A DNA stretch of 64,000 bases from an uncultured Verrucomicrobiae bacterium (GCA_963806855.1 CAWDYW010000003.1:160001-224000); one strand, 5' to 3'; positions 7,750 to 18,408 are shown, numbered from the stretch's first letter. The notes: generated by a model from the sequence alone, not told the origin. Numbers and translations are program-made.

Positions 7750-10404
7750 TTAGTGCTGAATAGGTTTCTTCCACTTGCCATTACTAAATAGCTTGGGAAA
7801 GAATTCTTTTCTCAGGCTCTCGATGATGAAAATCAGCGCGCCGGGTACGAGTGCAACGCCCCATTCTGCAAGGTTAAGGGGCTGGGTATGGAAGAGCTCA
7901 TTCAATAATGGGATGTAGAGAATACAGAGATGGAGTGAGAGGGCCCCAGCGATTGCCATGAGCAGGGGCCTGTTTTTGAGGGCTCCAATTTTTCTCAAGG
8001 GCAATTCTGATGAGCGCAACTGAAAGGCGATCAGCCATTCGAACAGCACTAAACTGGTCAGGACGAGCGTTCTTGCCTTTTCTATATTGGTGTAATGAGC
8101 ATTGAAAATGAAAAATGCTCCAAGCCCAAGCAGAAATGCCATGTAGATTATCCGGAAAATCATCCCATTGTAAATCAGGCCGAGTTTATGGTCGCGCGGC
8201 GGTTGCTCCATTTCGTGGCCGCTTTTTGGCTCAAATCCAAGGGGGATGGCGATGAGCGATCCTGAAATGAGGTTGAGCAAGAGGATTTGGAGCGGTAGGA
8301 GGGGAGCGAGGCCAATGAAAAGGACGCAGAGAATCAGGCCAAAAAGTTCCCCAAAGCAGGTGGTGAGCAGGAAGGCGCACACATTGCGCAATCGATCGAA
8401 AATGGCCCGCCCCTCTTCAATCGCTGCGACGATCGAGTCGAATCGGTCATCGGAGAGGATCATATCGGCAGCCTCTTTGGCCACATCGGTCCCTTTCTTG
8501 CCCATCGCGATGCCAATATTGGCCTTTTCGAGGGCAGGGGCGTCGTTGACCCCATCGCCCGTCATGGCGACAATATGGTCGAGAGACTGGAAGCTGCTGA
8601 CTATGCGCAATTTGTCTGCCGGCTCGATCCGGGCGAAAACGGAGCTCTCTCGAACCGCATCAGCGAGATCTTCATCGGAGAAAGTTTGCAGCTCTTTACC
8701 CGAGATCACATCTTTGGTCGAAAGGCCCAGGCGCGAGGCAATCGCTTCCGCAGTCAGTTGGTTATCGCCTGTGATCATCACCACGCGGATGCCAGCCTTT
8801 TTGCAGGTGGCGATCGATTCGATGGCCTCTTTACGGGGAGGGTCGATCATTCCGAACATCCCGGCAAAAATCAGTTTTTCTTCAAAATGATCTTCGGTGA
8901 GCGAGTGGGTTTTTGGATCGACTTCGCAATAGGCCACTGCAATGAGGCGCAGTGCCTGACGTGTCATTTGATCGATGCCGCTATCGATTTTCTGCCTGCA
9001 ATTCTCATCCATCCAAACGGGACCTTGGTGGGTGAGGGCGAATTGGCACATCGAGAGAATCGTCTCTGGAGCCCCCTTGATATAGATATAACGCTTATCG
9101 CCGATGGTATGGAGGGTGGCCATATAGAGCGTTTCACTGAGGAAGGGGATTTCGGCTAGACGGGGCTGAGTGGCAACTAGCTGCTGCAGATCGATCCCTG
9201 CTTCAGAGGCGGCGACGAGCAGCGCCCCTTCTGTTGGATCACCGATGACCTCATATTCCTCTTTCTCTTCAGAGAGGAGGGCGTCATTGCAGAGGGCCCC
9301 GATTTCGAGGATTCTGCGCAGCACGGGATCCTTGTAATCGGCCGCTTCTTGATCGATTAGGACCACTTTGTCCAAAGAATAGAGGGTTTTGATCGTCATG
9401 ATATTATGGGTGAGGGTCCCCGTTTTATCAGAACAGACAATTGTGGTGGCGCCCAGCGTCTCGACCGCAATCAATCGGCGGATGATCGCATTTTTCTTAG
9501 CCATCACACTCATCCCAGCGGCCAGAGTGATCGTAAAGGCGAGCGGAAGGCCCTCTGGGATGGCCGAAATGGCGGCTGCGACACCGAGTAGGAAGACATC
9601 GGCAAGAGCCATTCCTTGATAAAGGCTGATTCCTGCAAAAAGGAGGATGACGAAAAAGACGATCACCAGCATCCAGTTACCGATGGAGGTAATGCTCTGT
9701 TGCAAGGGGGTGGGCTCGGGGGTGATCTCGTCGATGCTCGCGGCAATTTTTCCAAGTTCTGTCGCCATCCCCGTCGCGACCACGATCGCCACGCCTCGGC
9801 CACCTGCAGCGACAGTCCCCGTGTAGACCATGTTGCTCCGATCAGCGAGCGATTGGAATCCTGAAAGGGGGTGGGTATCCTTCTCAACAGGAAATGATTC
9901 GCCGGTGAGGGCCGATTCGTTGACTTTGAAGCCCTTCGCTTCGATCAAGCGGGCATCAGCAGGAATCTTGTCGCCCATCTCTAAAAAGATCTCATCGCCT
10001 GGCACCAAATTTTCTGATAGGAGGATCTCCGTCTTGCCATTGCGCTTGACCTTGGAATGGTGGGAAGAGAGTTTTTTCAATGCTTGCATCGCCTTTTCAG
10101 CCTTCCTCTCTTGAAAGAAGCTGATGAAGACCATCGCCAAAATGGTGAAGAGGAGCACGCCGCCATCGAGAAAGTTAGAGAGAAAGAACTTGATAAAGGT
10201 GGCAACGATCAAGATGAAAATCAGCGGATTTAAAAATTGACGAAAGAATTGCATTAGGCGGGAGGGGCCTTTAGAGACCGAGAGGCGGTTCGGGCCAACC
10301 TTTGCCAGGCGGGCTTTCGCTTCCGCATCAGATAGCCCATGGCGGCTTGTCTTCAGGGCGATAAAGATCTCTTCAATCGTTTTGGAGTGCCAATCGGGGC
10401 TCAT
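7750..10404 (-). CDS. Cation-transporting P-type ATPase (type IIA, Ca2+-like)
   Basis: TGES, IPEGLP, DKTGTLT, GDPTE, KGAPE, TGDGVNDAPAL. Likely start at 10404 (ATGA overlap with the upstream gene). Confidence 0.95.
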   Translation of the reverse strand: MSPDWHSKTIEEIFIALKTSRHGLSDAEAKARLAKVGPNRLSVSKGPSRLMQFFRQFLNPLIFILIVATFIKFFLSNFLDGGVLLFTILAMVFISFFQERKAEKAMQALKKLSSHHSKVKRNGKTEILLSENLVPGDEIFLEMGDKIPADARLIEAKGFKVNESALTGESFPVEKDTHPLSGFQSLADRSNMVYTGTVAAGGRGVAIVVATGMATELGKIAASIDEITPEPTPLQQSITSIGNWMLVIVFFVILLFAGISLYQGMALADVFLLGVAAAISAIPEGLPLAFTITLAAGMSVMAKKNAIIRRLIAVETLGATTIVCSDKTGTLTHNIMTIKTLYSLDKVVLIDQEAADYKDPVLRRILEIGALCNDALLSEEKEEYEVIGDPTEGALLVAASEAGIDLQQLVATQPRLAEIPFLSETLYMATLHTIGDKRYIYIKGAPETILSMCQFALTHQGPVWMDENCRQKIDSGIDQMTRQALRLIAVAYCEVDPKTHSLTEDHFEEKLIFAGMFGMIDPPRKEAIESIATCKKAGIRVVMITGDNQLTAEAIASRLGLSTKDVISGKELQTFSDEDLADAVRESSVFARIEPADKLRIVSSFQSLDHIVAMTGDGVNDAPALEKANIGIAMGKKGTDVAKEAADMILSDDRFDSIVAAIEEGRAIFDRLRNVCAFLLTTCFGELFGLILCVLFIGLAPLLPLQILLLNLISGSLIAIPLGFEPKSGHEMEQPPRDHKLGLIYNGMIFRIIYMAFLLGLGAFFIFNAHYTNIEKARTLVLTSLVLFEWLIAFQLRSSELPLRKIGALKNRPLLMAIAGALSLHLCILYIPLLNELFHTQPLNLAEWGVALVPGALIFIIESLRKEFFPKLFSNGKWKKPIQH

Positions 10405-11891
10405 TTTTTTCCTTTCCATAACCCGTGGAGACCCAGGGGGACGGCTTGTGGCACCGCGGCGCGGGCAAGTTCTTTCATGTCATGGGCGTCGAGAATCAGC
10501 AAAAACGACTTGTGGGTGGCAAAGTCAAGCACAAGAGAGAGGACAACGCCGTCATCTTCAGCACCTGCACCTGGGCGGGTGACAAAAATCGGCTCTCCGG
10601 GCATACACCCCGCTTCGGACCAACTCTTATAAGACTTTGTCGCAGTATCCACTTTGTAAAGGGGTCGTTTGTCGGTGACCGCATTGGGGAAATCGTAGTC
10701 GACAAGATAGCAGTAACGGTATTCGTGCGCGACCCGCTCAGCAGGGACTCGAGGTAATTCTGCAGAATGGTCGAACAGATCTTCCTCGGCCAGCGCATCG
10801 GGCAACGAGAGCGTAAAGCGCTTTAGCTTGATCGTATCGGCCAGGTCGCCCTTCCAATCTTCTTCTCCATCAAGTTCAGCGATGATATGGGCATCGGGGT
10901 AGGTGACGATATCGATGAAAATTTTCCCATCTTTGTCAAAAGCATTCATATGGTGAAAAGCGAAGAAGGGTTTGCCTTTGATTTTAGTGACCTTCCCTGT
11001 TGTCCGCTCCACGACGATGAAATTGGTCCCCCGCTCAGGTTTCCATTTGTAGTTCATGATGAACGGCTTTTTTTTGAGGAGCAGATCCAGTGGATTGACC
11101 ACAAAGGGGAATTCGACCAGCACCACATAATGTTCTGTTAAGGCAAAACTGTGCATGTAAGCTGGCTCATCGACCGGAATTTCGGCGACTAGCTTTCGAT
11201 GCGGGTCGGTCATTTTCCAGATGACATAAGAGCTGTGGCGCCCAAAACGGATGAAATAGTTGAACGTCTCTTTCGTCGCAGGATCGACTAGCGCATGGGC
11301 CGATTCCCATTGCCCTTCTTTAAGGCTATCCTGATATTGAAAAACGCCGATGGTCGCGAGCGTCTCAGGATCGAAGACCACAGGAAGGGGAATCTCGGTC
11401 AAAGCGACAAATTGATCGGCATAATGTTGGATCGTGACATCGGCATTGTTGATGTCCTTCATCTCTTTGGGAATAAATCGGGAAGTCTGATTTTTGAACA
11501 CTTTTGGACAGGGATCGATTGCGAACCCCGAGAAATTGAGACTCTTCTCCTCCATCATGATGTAGTACTGCTCGCTGCGCAAAAAACGGCTGCTATAGAA
11601 GACATTTTTGGGAGTGAACTCGAAGGCGTGGAGCAGGGCGAGCCCATCGAACCAATCGACTCGCTTGTCGCCGACAGTGAATTTCCCTGGGCCGTTGCGC
11701 AGCAGCGTTCCCGACAGCCAGTCTGGGATTTTCCCCTGGATCGGGCAGTCGAAATGTTCGGTTTCCTCGGCCAGGTCGAAGAGCAGGTGGGTATCATAGA
11801 AGGCCTGATGGGGATTTACAGGTGGGGGTTTAGGTTTAGAGGTGCAGGCGCAGAAGAGAATGAAAATAAGCGAGATGTACTTAGTTGGCAT
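10401..11891 (-). CDS. Carotenoid cleavage oxygenase family (RPE65-like), with a lipoprotein-like signal
   Basis: GTLLRNGPG, WFDG, four His (SAH, YMHSF, FHH, GLHG), EPIFV, EDDGVVLS. N-terminal hydrophobic stretch followed by Cys. Confidence 0.9.
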   Translation of the reverse strand: MPTKYISLIFILFCACTSKPKPPPVNPHQAFYDTHLLFDLAEETEHFDCPIQGKIPDWLSGTLLRNGPGKFTVGDKRVDWFDGLALLHAFEFTPKNVFYSSRFLRSEQYYIMMEEKSLNFSGFAIDPCPKVFKNQTSRFIPKEMKDINNADVTIQHYADQFVALTEIPLPVVFDPETLATIGVFQYQDSLKEGQWESAHALVDPATKETFNYFIRFGRHSSYVIWKMTDPHRKLVAEIPVDEPAYMHSFALTEHYVVLVEFPFVVNPLDLLLKKKPFIMNYKWKPERGTNFIVVERTTGKVTKIKGKPFFAFHHMNAFDKDGKIFIDIVTYPDAHIIAELDGEEDWKGDLADTIKLKRFTLSLPDALAEEDLFDHSAELPRVPAERVAHEYRYCYLVDYDFPNAVTDKRPLYKVDTATKSYKSWSEAGCMPGEPIFVTRPGAGAEDDGVVLSLVLDFATHKSFLLILDAHDMKELARAAVPQAVPLGLHGLWKGKK

Positions 11892-11933
11892 GATGAGGAC
11901 TAAATTACCAAAAAATGCATTTGAATGGAACAG

Positions 11934-12104
11934 GAGGTTGTTGCAAAACTCAGGGTTCGTCGATTTTCGGGATTATTTTGGCCGCTTTTCGATTCAAATT
12001 CGGGGGGTCATATGCGGGAGGCTGATATTACCCCCCGAATTTGAATCGAAAATCGGCTCAAAAGAACCCGAAAATCGACTGAACCTGAGTTTTGCAACAA
12101 CCTC
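11934..12104. repeat. 171-bp palindromic element, family A, copy 1
   Basis: GAGGTTGTTGCAAAACTCAGG ... CCTGAGTTTTGCAACAACCTC long imperfect hairpin. Core shared, in inverted orientation, with 18238-18408. Confidence 0.93.
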
Positions 12105-12184
12105 ATAGGGAATTTTTGATGGTAAGTTTGTTTTTTTAAGTCAATTCTATGTTATCTTAGCTTTGAATAAACATGGAGGTGTTT

Positions 12185-12370
12185 ATGTCAATTCAACCTT
12201 ATGGTGCTTCTCTCCCAGAAAATAATAGAGCTGACGAAGATCCGAAAAATGGACTTGCAAAACCTGACCCTAAAGGGTTAGAGAAAAAAGGAACGCCAAT
12301 CGACACCACCCCTAAAGTATCTCAGAAAGGAATGAGTACGTTTACTGATTCGCAAACACGCGCTTTTTAG
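12185..12370 (+). CDS. Short hypothetical ORF, possibly a truncated effector-like gene
   Basis: GGAGG RBS before MSIQP. Hydrophilic, Pro-rich N-terminus that runs into the 3' end of the convergent symporter. Confidence 0.4.
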   Translation: MSIQPYGASLPENNRADEDPKNGLAKPDPKGLEKKGTPIDTTPKVSQKGMSTFTDSQTRAF

Positions 12371-13664
12371 TTGCATGGATTAGGAGTGCGCCGAGGTGGG
12401 GCACGACCATGAAGATCATGACGAGATCGACCAGCGACCAGATCGTCTTCACCTCAGAGATAGCTCCTGCAAAAATCATCAATGCAGTTAGCAAAAGATA
12501 GTAACGGCTTTTCTTATTCTTAGTTAGATAGCGATAGCACTGGCTCCCGTTGTAGCAGTTGCCAAGAATTGTTCCAAAACCAAACAAGAGTCCGCTGACC
12601 GCGACGATGGCGATCCCAACAAAGGAGAAGTACTGCTCAAAAGATGCAGCGACCATGCTGATTCCTAGAGGAAGAGAGGGGTCTAGCCATGTTTTGGTCA
12701 CCAGAGTCACACAGCCCGATAAGAAGGCGATAAAACCTGCGGCAAAAGTGGAGAGCATCGCCAGCATCCCCTGTGTATCGGGATCATTGGTCTCGGCCAT
12801 CGAGTGGGGAATCGTCTGCGTTCCAACGCCTGCTTCTGTTGCCTGCGTCCCTTTGAAAATCCCCCAACGGAGAGCGCTCATCAGTCCGCCGACAAGGGTC
12901 CCGCTAGCCATAGGCACAGGGGAGAAAGCCGACCGGAACATCTCGGCAAACATCTGCCCCAATTGATCGTAATTGCAGGTGAGGATCCAGCAGCTCGAAC
13001 CGATGTAGAGGAAGAACATGACCGGGACAAGCTTAGCTGAGAGCGAGCCGATCCGTTTAATCCCCCCGAGCATCGTCAGCAAAATGAGGATCGCGATCAA
13101 CCCCCCAGACAGTGCCGTAGAGAGTCGGTAGGAGCCGAGGAGGGGAGAGTTTAAAATCGCAGCCACCTGATTCGCTTGAGCAGCAGACCAGGCCATCATC
13201 AAAACCAAGCAGCAGATCGCATACCATTTGGCCATGGCAGGAGAGACCAGATGCTTTAAATATTGCATTGGGCCACCCATGATTTCACCCGAATCGAGTT
13301 TCTTTCGATATTGGATGCAGAGATTGACCTCGATGTAAGTGACGGCGCTCCCGAAAAACGAGGCCAGGAGAAAGCCGAAAAGGGCACCTGGGCCGCCAAG
13401 CGCGATCGCAATCACTGGCCCGACTATCGTCGAGATCCCCAGTGTGGTCGACATGGCGGTTAAAAGGGCCCGATGGGGGAGGATCGTGTGAGATCCTGTT
13501 TTCCCTTTGCGTGCAGTGAACAGCCCCTTCAACATAGAAAATAGCGAACGGAAGAAGCGGAGCTGGATGAATCCCGACTTCACAGTGAGGTAGATGCTGC
13601 CAGATAAAATGAAAAGGCAGCAGAGAAACAAAAGATACTCTGTACTTGTGGCGATGAAGTCCAT
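12342..13664 (-). CDS. Alanine/glycine:cation symporter (AgcS family)
   Basis: GGPGALF, GGPMQY, GGIKRIG and EAGVGT motifs, with many TM segments. Confidence 0.9.
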   Translation of the reverse strand: MDFIATSTEYLLFLCCLFILSGSIYLTVKSGFIQLRFFRSLFSMLKGLFTARKGKTGSHTILPHRALLTAMSTTLGISTIVGPVIAIALGGPGALFGFLLASFFGSAVTYIEVNLCIQYRKKLDSGEIMGGPMQYLKHLVSPAMAKWYAICCLVLMMAWSAAQANQVAAILNSPLLGSYRLSTALSGGLIAILILLTMLGGIKRIGSLSAKLVPVMFFLYIGSSCWILTCNYDQLGQMFAEMFRSAFSPVPMASGTLVGGLMSALRWGIFKGTQATEAGVGTQTIPHSMAETNDPDTQGMLAMLSTFAAGFIAFLSGCVTLVTKTWLDPSLPLGISMVAASFEQYFSFVGIAIVAVSGLLFGFGTILGNCYNGSQCYRYLTKNKKSRYYLLLTALMIFAGAISEVKTIWSLVDLVMIFMVVPHLGALLIHATKKRVFANQ

Positions 13665-13726
13665 AAATTCCCCAAAATTTTAAGGTCTCTTCCAATTTTT
13701 TAATAGAAAAATGTTATATCAATATT

Positions 13727-15106
13727 ATGACCCTTAGGAAAAGACTTTTTTTAAATGTCGGAGTGATTTTTCTCTTTGTCGCGATTTTGTCCTATGTGCT
13801 TCCCAGCATGATTGTCAATAAAGGGATGGCGAAAGGGGGGCAAGAGATCGAAACTTTTGTCCAAAAACAGGAAAAGAAGGTCAATAGCATCTTGACTAAT
13901 CTGCTGGCCGATAACTTTAGAGACCTCAAAGGGAAGGAGGGGGAGGAGGCCCTTTCCGATTTTCTCAAGCAAATTGCCCGCACCTCCCAAAAGACCATCG
14001 TCTTTCTTTTACACAACCAAACTCCCTATGCCTTTAATCCACAGGGAGAGCCAATCGATCCGAAGCTGGAGGGCTTTAACGTCGATGACCTGAAAGAGGA
14101 TAGTGGAAAAGTCACTTGGAGGGGGACCACCTATAACTATTTAAAATACCCCGTCGATTCGGGATGGAACAGCACTCTGGTCATCATCAATCCAGCTGAT
14201 CAAGCGTTTTCGGTTATCCCCCTCCTCAAAAAGATGGGGGCCTCGATTGGGCATCAGATTACCCTCAATATCTTGCTCTCCACTCTATTGATTTTTGCAG
14301 TCGCCTTATTGTTCCTCTCCCGCACCTCGAAAAAAATCACAGATCCGATCGTTGTGCTGGCCAAAGCGACCGCTGATGTTGAAAATGGCCATTACGATCA
14401 GGTCTCTCTGCCAGCCCTTGAGCAACGAAAAGATGAGATCGGGACCCTTTCCCATGGCTTTGAGAAGATGGTCACGGCATTAAAAGATCGGGAAAAAATT
14501 CGCGGCGTCTTGAGCAAAGTGGTCTCGAAAGAGATCGCAGCCGAAATCTTGCAGAGCAAAATCGAGCTCGGCGGCGAAGTGCGGATCGTCACGGTCCTTT
14601 TTATCGACGTGCGGGGCTTCACAAAAATCACTGAAAAGATGGAGCCAAGACAGGTCGTCCATATGATGAATAGCCATTTTAGCCAGATGTGTCGCATTGT
14701 CGACGCACAGGAGGGAGTGGTCGATAAATTTGTCGGCGATCTGGTCATGGTCCTCTACGGCGCGCCGATCGATAGGCCCGATAGTGCAAAAAGGGCTCTC
14801 ACCTCGGCGCTCCAGATGCGGCAGGCCTCTGCTCTTCCAGTTGGCATCGGGATTCATACAGGCGATATGGTCACAGGGAATATCGGGTCGGAGAATCGGT
14901 TGAACTATACCGTTTTGGGCGCCAACGTTAACCTCGCTTCCCGCCTCTGCTCGGCAGCAAAACCGATGCAAATTCTCATTTCTGAAGCGACTGTAAACTC
15001 TCCCGACATTAAAGAGAGCTTTGAATTTCAAGAACTTGCTCCAATTTCGTTCAAGGGTTTTGAGCAGCCCGTCAAGGTTTTTGAGCTGATCGATTTCAAA
15101 AAATGA
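13727..15106 (+). CDS. Membrane-bound class III adenylate cyclase with HAMP domain
   Basis: Two TM segments, HAMP (DEIGTL..GF..M), FIDVRGFT, DKFVGD, GIHTG, YTVLGANVNLASRL. Confidence 0.9.
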   Translation: MTLRKRLFLNVGVIFLFVAILSYVLPSMIVNKGMAKGGQEIETFVQKQEKKVNSILTNLLADNFRDLKGKEGEEALSDFLKQIARTSQKTIVFLLHNQTPYAFNPQGEPIDPKLEGFNVDDLKEDSGKVTWRGTTYNYLKYPVDSGWNSTLVIINPADQAFSVIPLLKKMGASIGHQITLNILLSTLLIFAVALLFLSRTSKKITDPIVVLAKATADVENGHYDQVSLPALEQRKDEIGTLSHGFEKMVTALKDREKIRGVLSKVVSKEIAAEILQSKIELGGEVRIVTVLFIDVRGFTKITEKMEPRQVVHMMNSHFSQMCRIVDAQEGVVDKFVGDLVMVLYGAPIDRPDSAKRALTSALQMRQASALPVGIGIHTGDMVTGNIGSENRLNYTVLGANVNLASRLCSAAKPMQILISEATVNSPDIKESFEFQELAPISFKGFEQPVKVFELIDFKK

Positions 15107-15173
15107 TTTAAAAAAAACCCTGCATAGGTTACTAAGAGGAATATGAAACTCAAACACCCTTAGGAGGGGAATT

Positions 15174-15380
15174 ATGAAATTAGTGAATCTTATTGCCAAC
15201 ATTTTGCTGATCATCGGCGGGATCAACTTAGGTCTGATTGGGCTTGCTCATTTTGACGTTATCGGAAAAATCCTTGCTCACAATATGGGAGCCATCCGTG
15301 TGCTCTACGTATTGATCGGGATCGCTGCAATCGTGAAAATTGTGATGCTCACTGCTTACAACAAAGCTCTAAAAAAATAG
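15174..15380 (+). CDS. DUF378 family small membrane protein
   Basis: LLIIGGINLGLIG..FDV and YVLIGIA pattern, with RBS. Confidence 0.85.
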   Translation: MKLVNLIANILLIIGGINLGLIGLAHFDVIGKILAHNMGAIRVLYVLIGIAAIVKIVMLTAYNKALKK

Positions 15381-15390
15381 AGTCTAGTTC

Positions 15391-15464
15391 AACGCAAAGA
15401 CGCAAAGGCGCCAAGATGCAAAGAAATATTTTATGGTTTCTTTGCGACTTGGCGCCTTTGCGTT
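15391..15464. repeat. 8-mer-based hairpin (copy 2), between convergent genes
   Basis: aacgcaaagacgcaaaggcgccaagatgcaaagaaa ... tttctttgcgacttggcgcctttgcgtt. Confidence 0.9.
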
Positions 15465-15473
15465 AAAACGGTC

Positions 15474-16268
15474 CTACCTCTGTAGAAGGAAGTGGACTGC
15501 TTTCTTTGCAGATGTCTCGGGGATTTCGTAATTGAACATATGCCCCATCTCTTTAAATACATGCAATTGTGAGTTTGGGATCGCTTGGCGCATTTGTTCT
15601 GCGCAGTAAAGGGGAGCGATTACGTCCATTTCGCCGGCAAGCAGAAGCACCTGATGAGGGATATCTTTCAGCTCATGGCGGAAATCGACCTTCAAAGCAT
15701 TTCCTTGATTCATCATCCCCTCTTGAGATTGAGGAAAGGGATTCATTTGATATTCGGTTAAAAACCGTTTGATATTTTCTGGGTTGCTCACAAAGGCATT
15801 GCTTAAGAGCCACCAGCAATTGAGCTCGGCCAGTAGCAATCTATCTATCCCATTTTGCAACAGTTTCATCCCCATTGCAAGATTGTAGAGGCTAACCGGA
15901 GGAAGAGCAGCAAACGGAGCGCACAGAATGGCCTTTTTGACCCGATCGCGATGATCAAGACAGAGCAGCTGCGTGATCAGCGTCCCCATCGATTCTCCCA
16001 TGAAATGGGCGCTTTCGATCTCCAGAGCATCGAGCAGGCCGATGATGTCTTCTGCAAACATCTTCGGATGATAGCCCCCTTCGGGAGTATCGCTTTGCCC
16101 GCATCCCCGATTATCAAAAACAATCACTTGAAAGTGCTGCGAAAGAATGGGGACCAGCGGCATCCAAATAAAATGGTCCATGGTAAATCCTGAGATGAGG
16201 ACGAGCGGCACGCCAGTGCCATGGATCTCATAGTACAGGTTGATGTCATTGGTTTTTACTATTGGCAT
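15474..16268 (-). CDS. Alpha/beta fold hydrolase
   Basis: FDNRGCGQSD, GESMG, GEMD and GH. Confidence 0.88.
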   Translation of the reverse strand: MPIVKTNDINLYYEIHGTGVPLVLISGFTMDHFIWMPLVPILSQHFQVIVFDNRGCGQSDTPEGGYHPKMFAEDIIGLLDALEIESAHFMGESMGTLITQLLCLDHRDRVKKAILCAPFAALPPVSLYNLAMGMKLLQNGIDRLLLAELNCWWLLSNAFVSNPENIKRFLTEYQMNPFPQSQEGMMNQGNALKVDFRHELKDIPHQVLLLAGEMDVIAPLYCAEQMRQAIPNSQLHVFKEMGHMFNYEIPETSAKKAVHFLLQR

Positions 16269-16365
16269 GACCTCTTTATATGAAATTCAATCAATTATTT
16301 AAAGTTGCTTCTATTTTTGCGAGGGGGTAGACTCATCGAGTCAGCAAACTTAAAGGATATTTTAT

Positions 16366-17070
16366 ATGCAAATCCAGTTCCCTTCTCATTCAACTGTCTC
16401 AGATTACTTATCCGTAAATGAAAATGTCGCTAGAATAGCTTTGCTAGGCGGAATAACAGCGGTAGCAGTTGCTATAATAGTTAGGAGCTGCAGTCGCGCA
16501 AATGTTCGCCCTATAAAAGTTGCGCCCGGTCCGATAGATAATGACACATACACCAAATCTCTCCTTCAAAATCAACGGCCCAAACTTTCATCAACTCCTA
16601 CAAATGATTATCTCTCAGAATGTGCATTCCCCCATTTAAATATTCGAGATCTAAAAGAACCAATTAAGGCCTATTTAGAAAACCCAGCTCGATTTGACAA
16701 GGCCGTAATTGAATTTACCATTTTGTATTTTGAGTTATCGAGTAGCACGCGTAATTCGTTCGATGTTCACCCACGATTCTCCATAGAAGGAGAAGAGGGT
16801 AAAATTGGAATTGAATTTGAGGCTAAAAAGCTCAGTGCAGTGAAAGAAGCTCCAGTAGAAACAGCAGGACTTTTACTCCGCACTCATTACGACGGGTCAC
16901 TCCTTCAGCAGATTGAACCAGTCGCGCACATGTTCCCCCATCACAAAGATCTTATTGTTGCAACGGTGCGCCACAGATATCCCAATGGGGCCATAGATGG
17001 TTGGGAGCTCAAAGAATACAACGAAAACCTGGCGCACGCTCTTTCGAATTTAGTCGCGAAAGCTAATTAA
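16366..17070 (+). CDS. Hypothetical protein with one TM segment
   Basis: 234-aa ORF with RBS. No family recognised. Confidence 0.65.
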   Translation: MQIQFPSHSTVSDYLSVNENVARIALLGGITAVAVAIIVRSCSRANVRPIKVAPGPIDNDTYTKSLLQNQRPKLSSTPTNDYLSECAFPHLNIRDLKEPIKAYLENPARFDKAVIEFTILYFELSSSTRNSFDVHPRFSIEGEEGKIGIEFEAKKLSAVKEAPVETAGLLLRTHYDGSLLQQIEPVAHMFPHHKDLIVATVRHRYPNGAIDGWELKEYNENLAHALSNLVAKAN

Positions 17071-18232
17071 AGAAGCTCTTCAATTTGTCGAAGAAGGTGC
17101 GTGAGCGAGGGGAGTTGTGGCTTCCCTCAAGCTGGGCAAACTCTTTCAGCAACTCTTTTTGCTTTTCGCTTAGGCCAACCGGAGTTTCGATCACTACTTT
17201 GACCAGCAGATCGCCTTTGCCGTTGCCATGTACATTAGGGGCCCCTTCACCGCGGACACGGAAGATTTTGTCGCTTTGGGTCCCTTCCGGGATCACAATG
17301 CGCGCATTGCCGCCCGTTGGGGTGGGAAACTCTTTTTTGACGCCGAGGGCAGCTTCGGAGAAGGTGATCGGCAGCTCAACGCGGATGTCATCGCCATCGC
17401 GCTCGAAGAGTTCGTGGGATTGAACAGAGATATAAACGTAGAGATCGCCTGGTGGGCCGCCCCCTTCGCCTGCATCGCCGTAGCCAGCCATCCGTAGGCG
17501 CATTCCATTATCAACGCCAGGGGGGATCTTGATCTGGATTTGCTGTCTTTTCTTCTCTCTGCCAGTGCCACGACAGCTAAGGCAAGGATCGGTAATCCGC
17601 TTTCCCTGTCCATGGCAGCTGGGGCAGATGGTGGTCATGCTGAAAAAACCGCGGGTCTGATTGATTTGGCCAGCGCCGCCGCACTGAGAACAGGTCTTGA
17701 TTGCTTTTGGGTTTGCCGCGCCAGAGCCATCGCAGGTCGGACAATTGATATAATTAGTGATCGCCGCCTCTTTTTCTGTTCCTCGGATCGCCTCTTCGAA
17801 AGAGATGGAGAGGTTCATTTTTTTAGAAGCGCCTTGTCGTATGCCAGCAGTTGAAGGATCGGAATCAAATCCGAAGAAAGAATCGAAAATGGACTCATGG
17901 CCGCCGCTTCCGCTGCCACCACCACCACCGCCGCCAAATGCGCCCATGAAAGTACGCAGAGCTTCTTCCATAGAGGAGAACCCGCCGGCACCAGGACCAG
18001 CGCCCATGCCCGCTTTGAAAGCGTCGGGGCCATATTGGTCATACATGCGACGTTTTTGATCGTCGCTTAAGACTTCATAGGCTTCAGAAATCTCTTTGAA
18101 TTTCTTTTCAGCTTCTTTGTCGCCTGGATTTTTGTCAGGATGGTACTTAAGAGCCTGCTTTCGATAAGCTTTTTTAATCTCATCTTGCGCGGCTCCCTTA
18201 GTTATACCCAGGGTGCTGTAATAGTCGCTCAT
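17063..18232 (-). CDS. dnaJ: Chaperone DnaJ
   Basis: J domain with HPD, G/F-rich linker and four CxxCxGxG repeats. Start MSDYY at 18232. Confidence 0.97.
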   Translation of the reverse strand: MSDYYSTLGITKGAAQDEIKKAYRKQALKYHPDKNPGDKEAEKKFKEISEAYEVLSDDQKRRMYDQYGPDAFKAGMGAGPGAGGFSSMEEALRTFMGAFGGGGGGGSGSGGHESIFDSFFGFDSDPSTAGIRQGASKKMNLSISFEEAIRGTEKEAAITNYINCPTCDGSGAANPKAIKTCSQCGGAGQINQTRGFFSMTTICPSCHGQGKRITDPCLSCRGTGREKKRQQIQIKIPPGVDNGMRLRMAGYGDAGEGGGPPGDLYVYISVQSHELFERDGDDIRVELPITFSEAALGVKKEFPTPTGGNARIVIPEGTQSDKIFRVRGEGAPNVHGNGKGDLLVKVVIETPVGLSEKQKELLKEFAQLEGSHNSPRSRTFFDKLKSFFN

Positions 18233-18237
18233 AATAA

Positions 18238-18408
18238 AGACCTCTTGCATCACTTAGATTCTGTCGATTTTCGGGTTCTTTTGAGCCGATTTTCGATTTA
18301 AATTTGGGGGGTAATATCAGCCTCTCGCATATGACCCCCCGAATTTGAATCGAAAATCGGCCAAAATAATCCCGAAAATCGACGAATCCTAAGTGATGCA
18401 AGAGGTCT
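18238..18408. repeat. 171-bp palindromic element, family A, copy 2 (inverted), between rpsU and dnaJ
   Basis: AGACCTCTTGCATCACTTAG ... CTAAGTGATGCAAGAGGTCT. Core nearly identical to 11934-12104. Confidence 0.93.

Noticed and set aside
11842..12108. Apparent paralogous small proteins (11842-12108 and 18198-18488)
   Set aside because: The similarity comes entirely from the 171-bp palindrome, and both ORFs overlap real genes.
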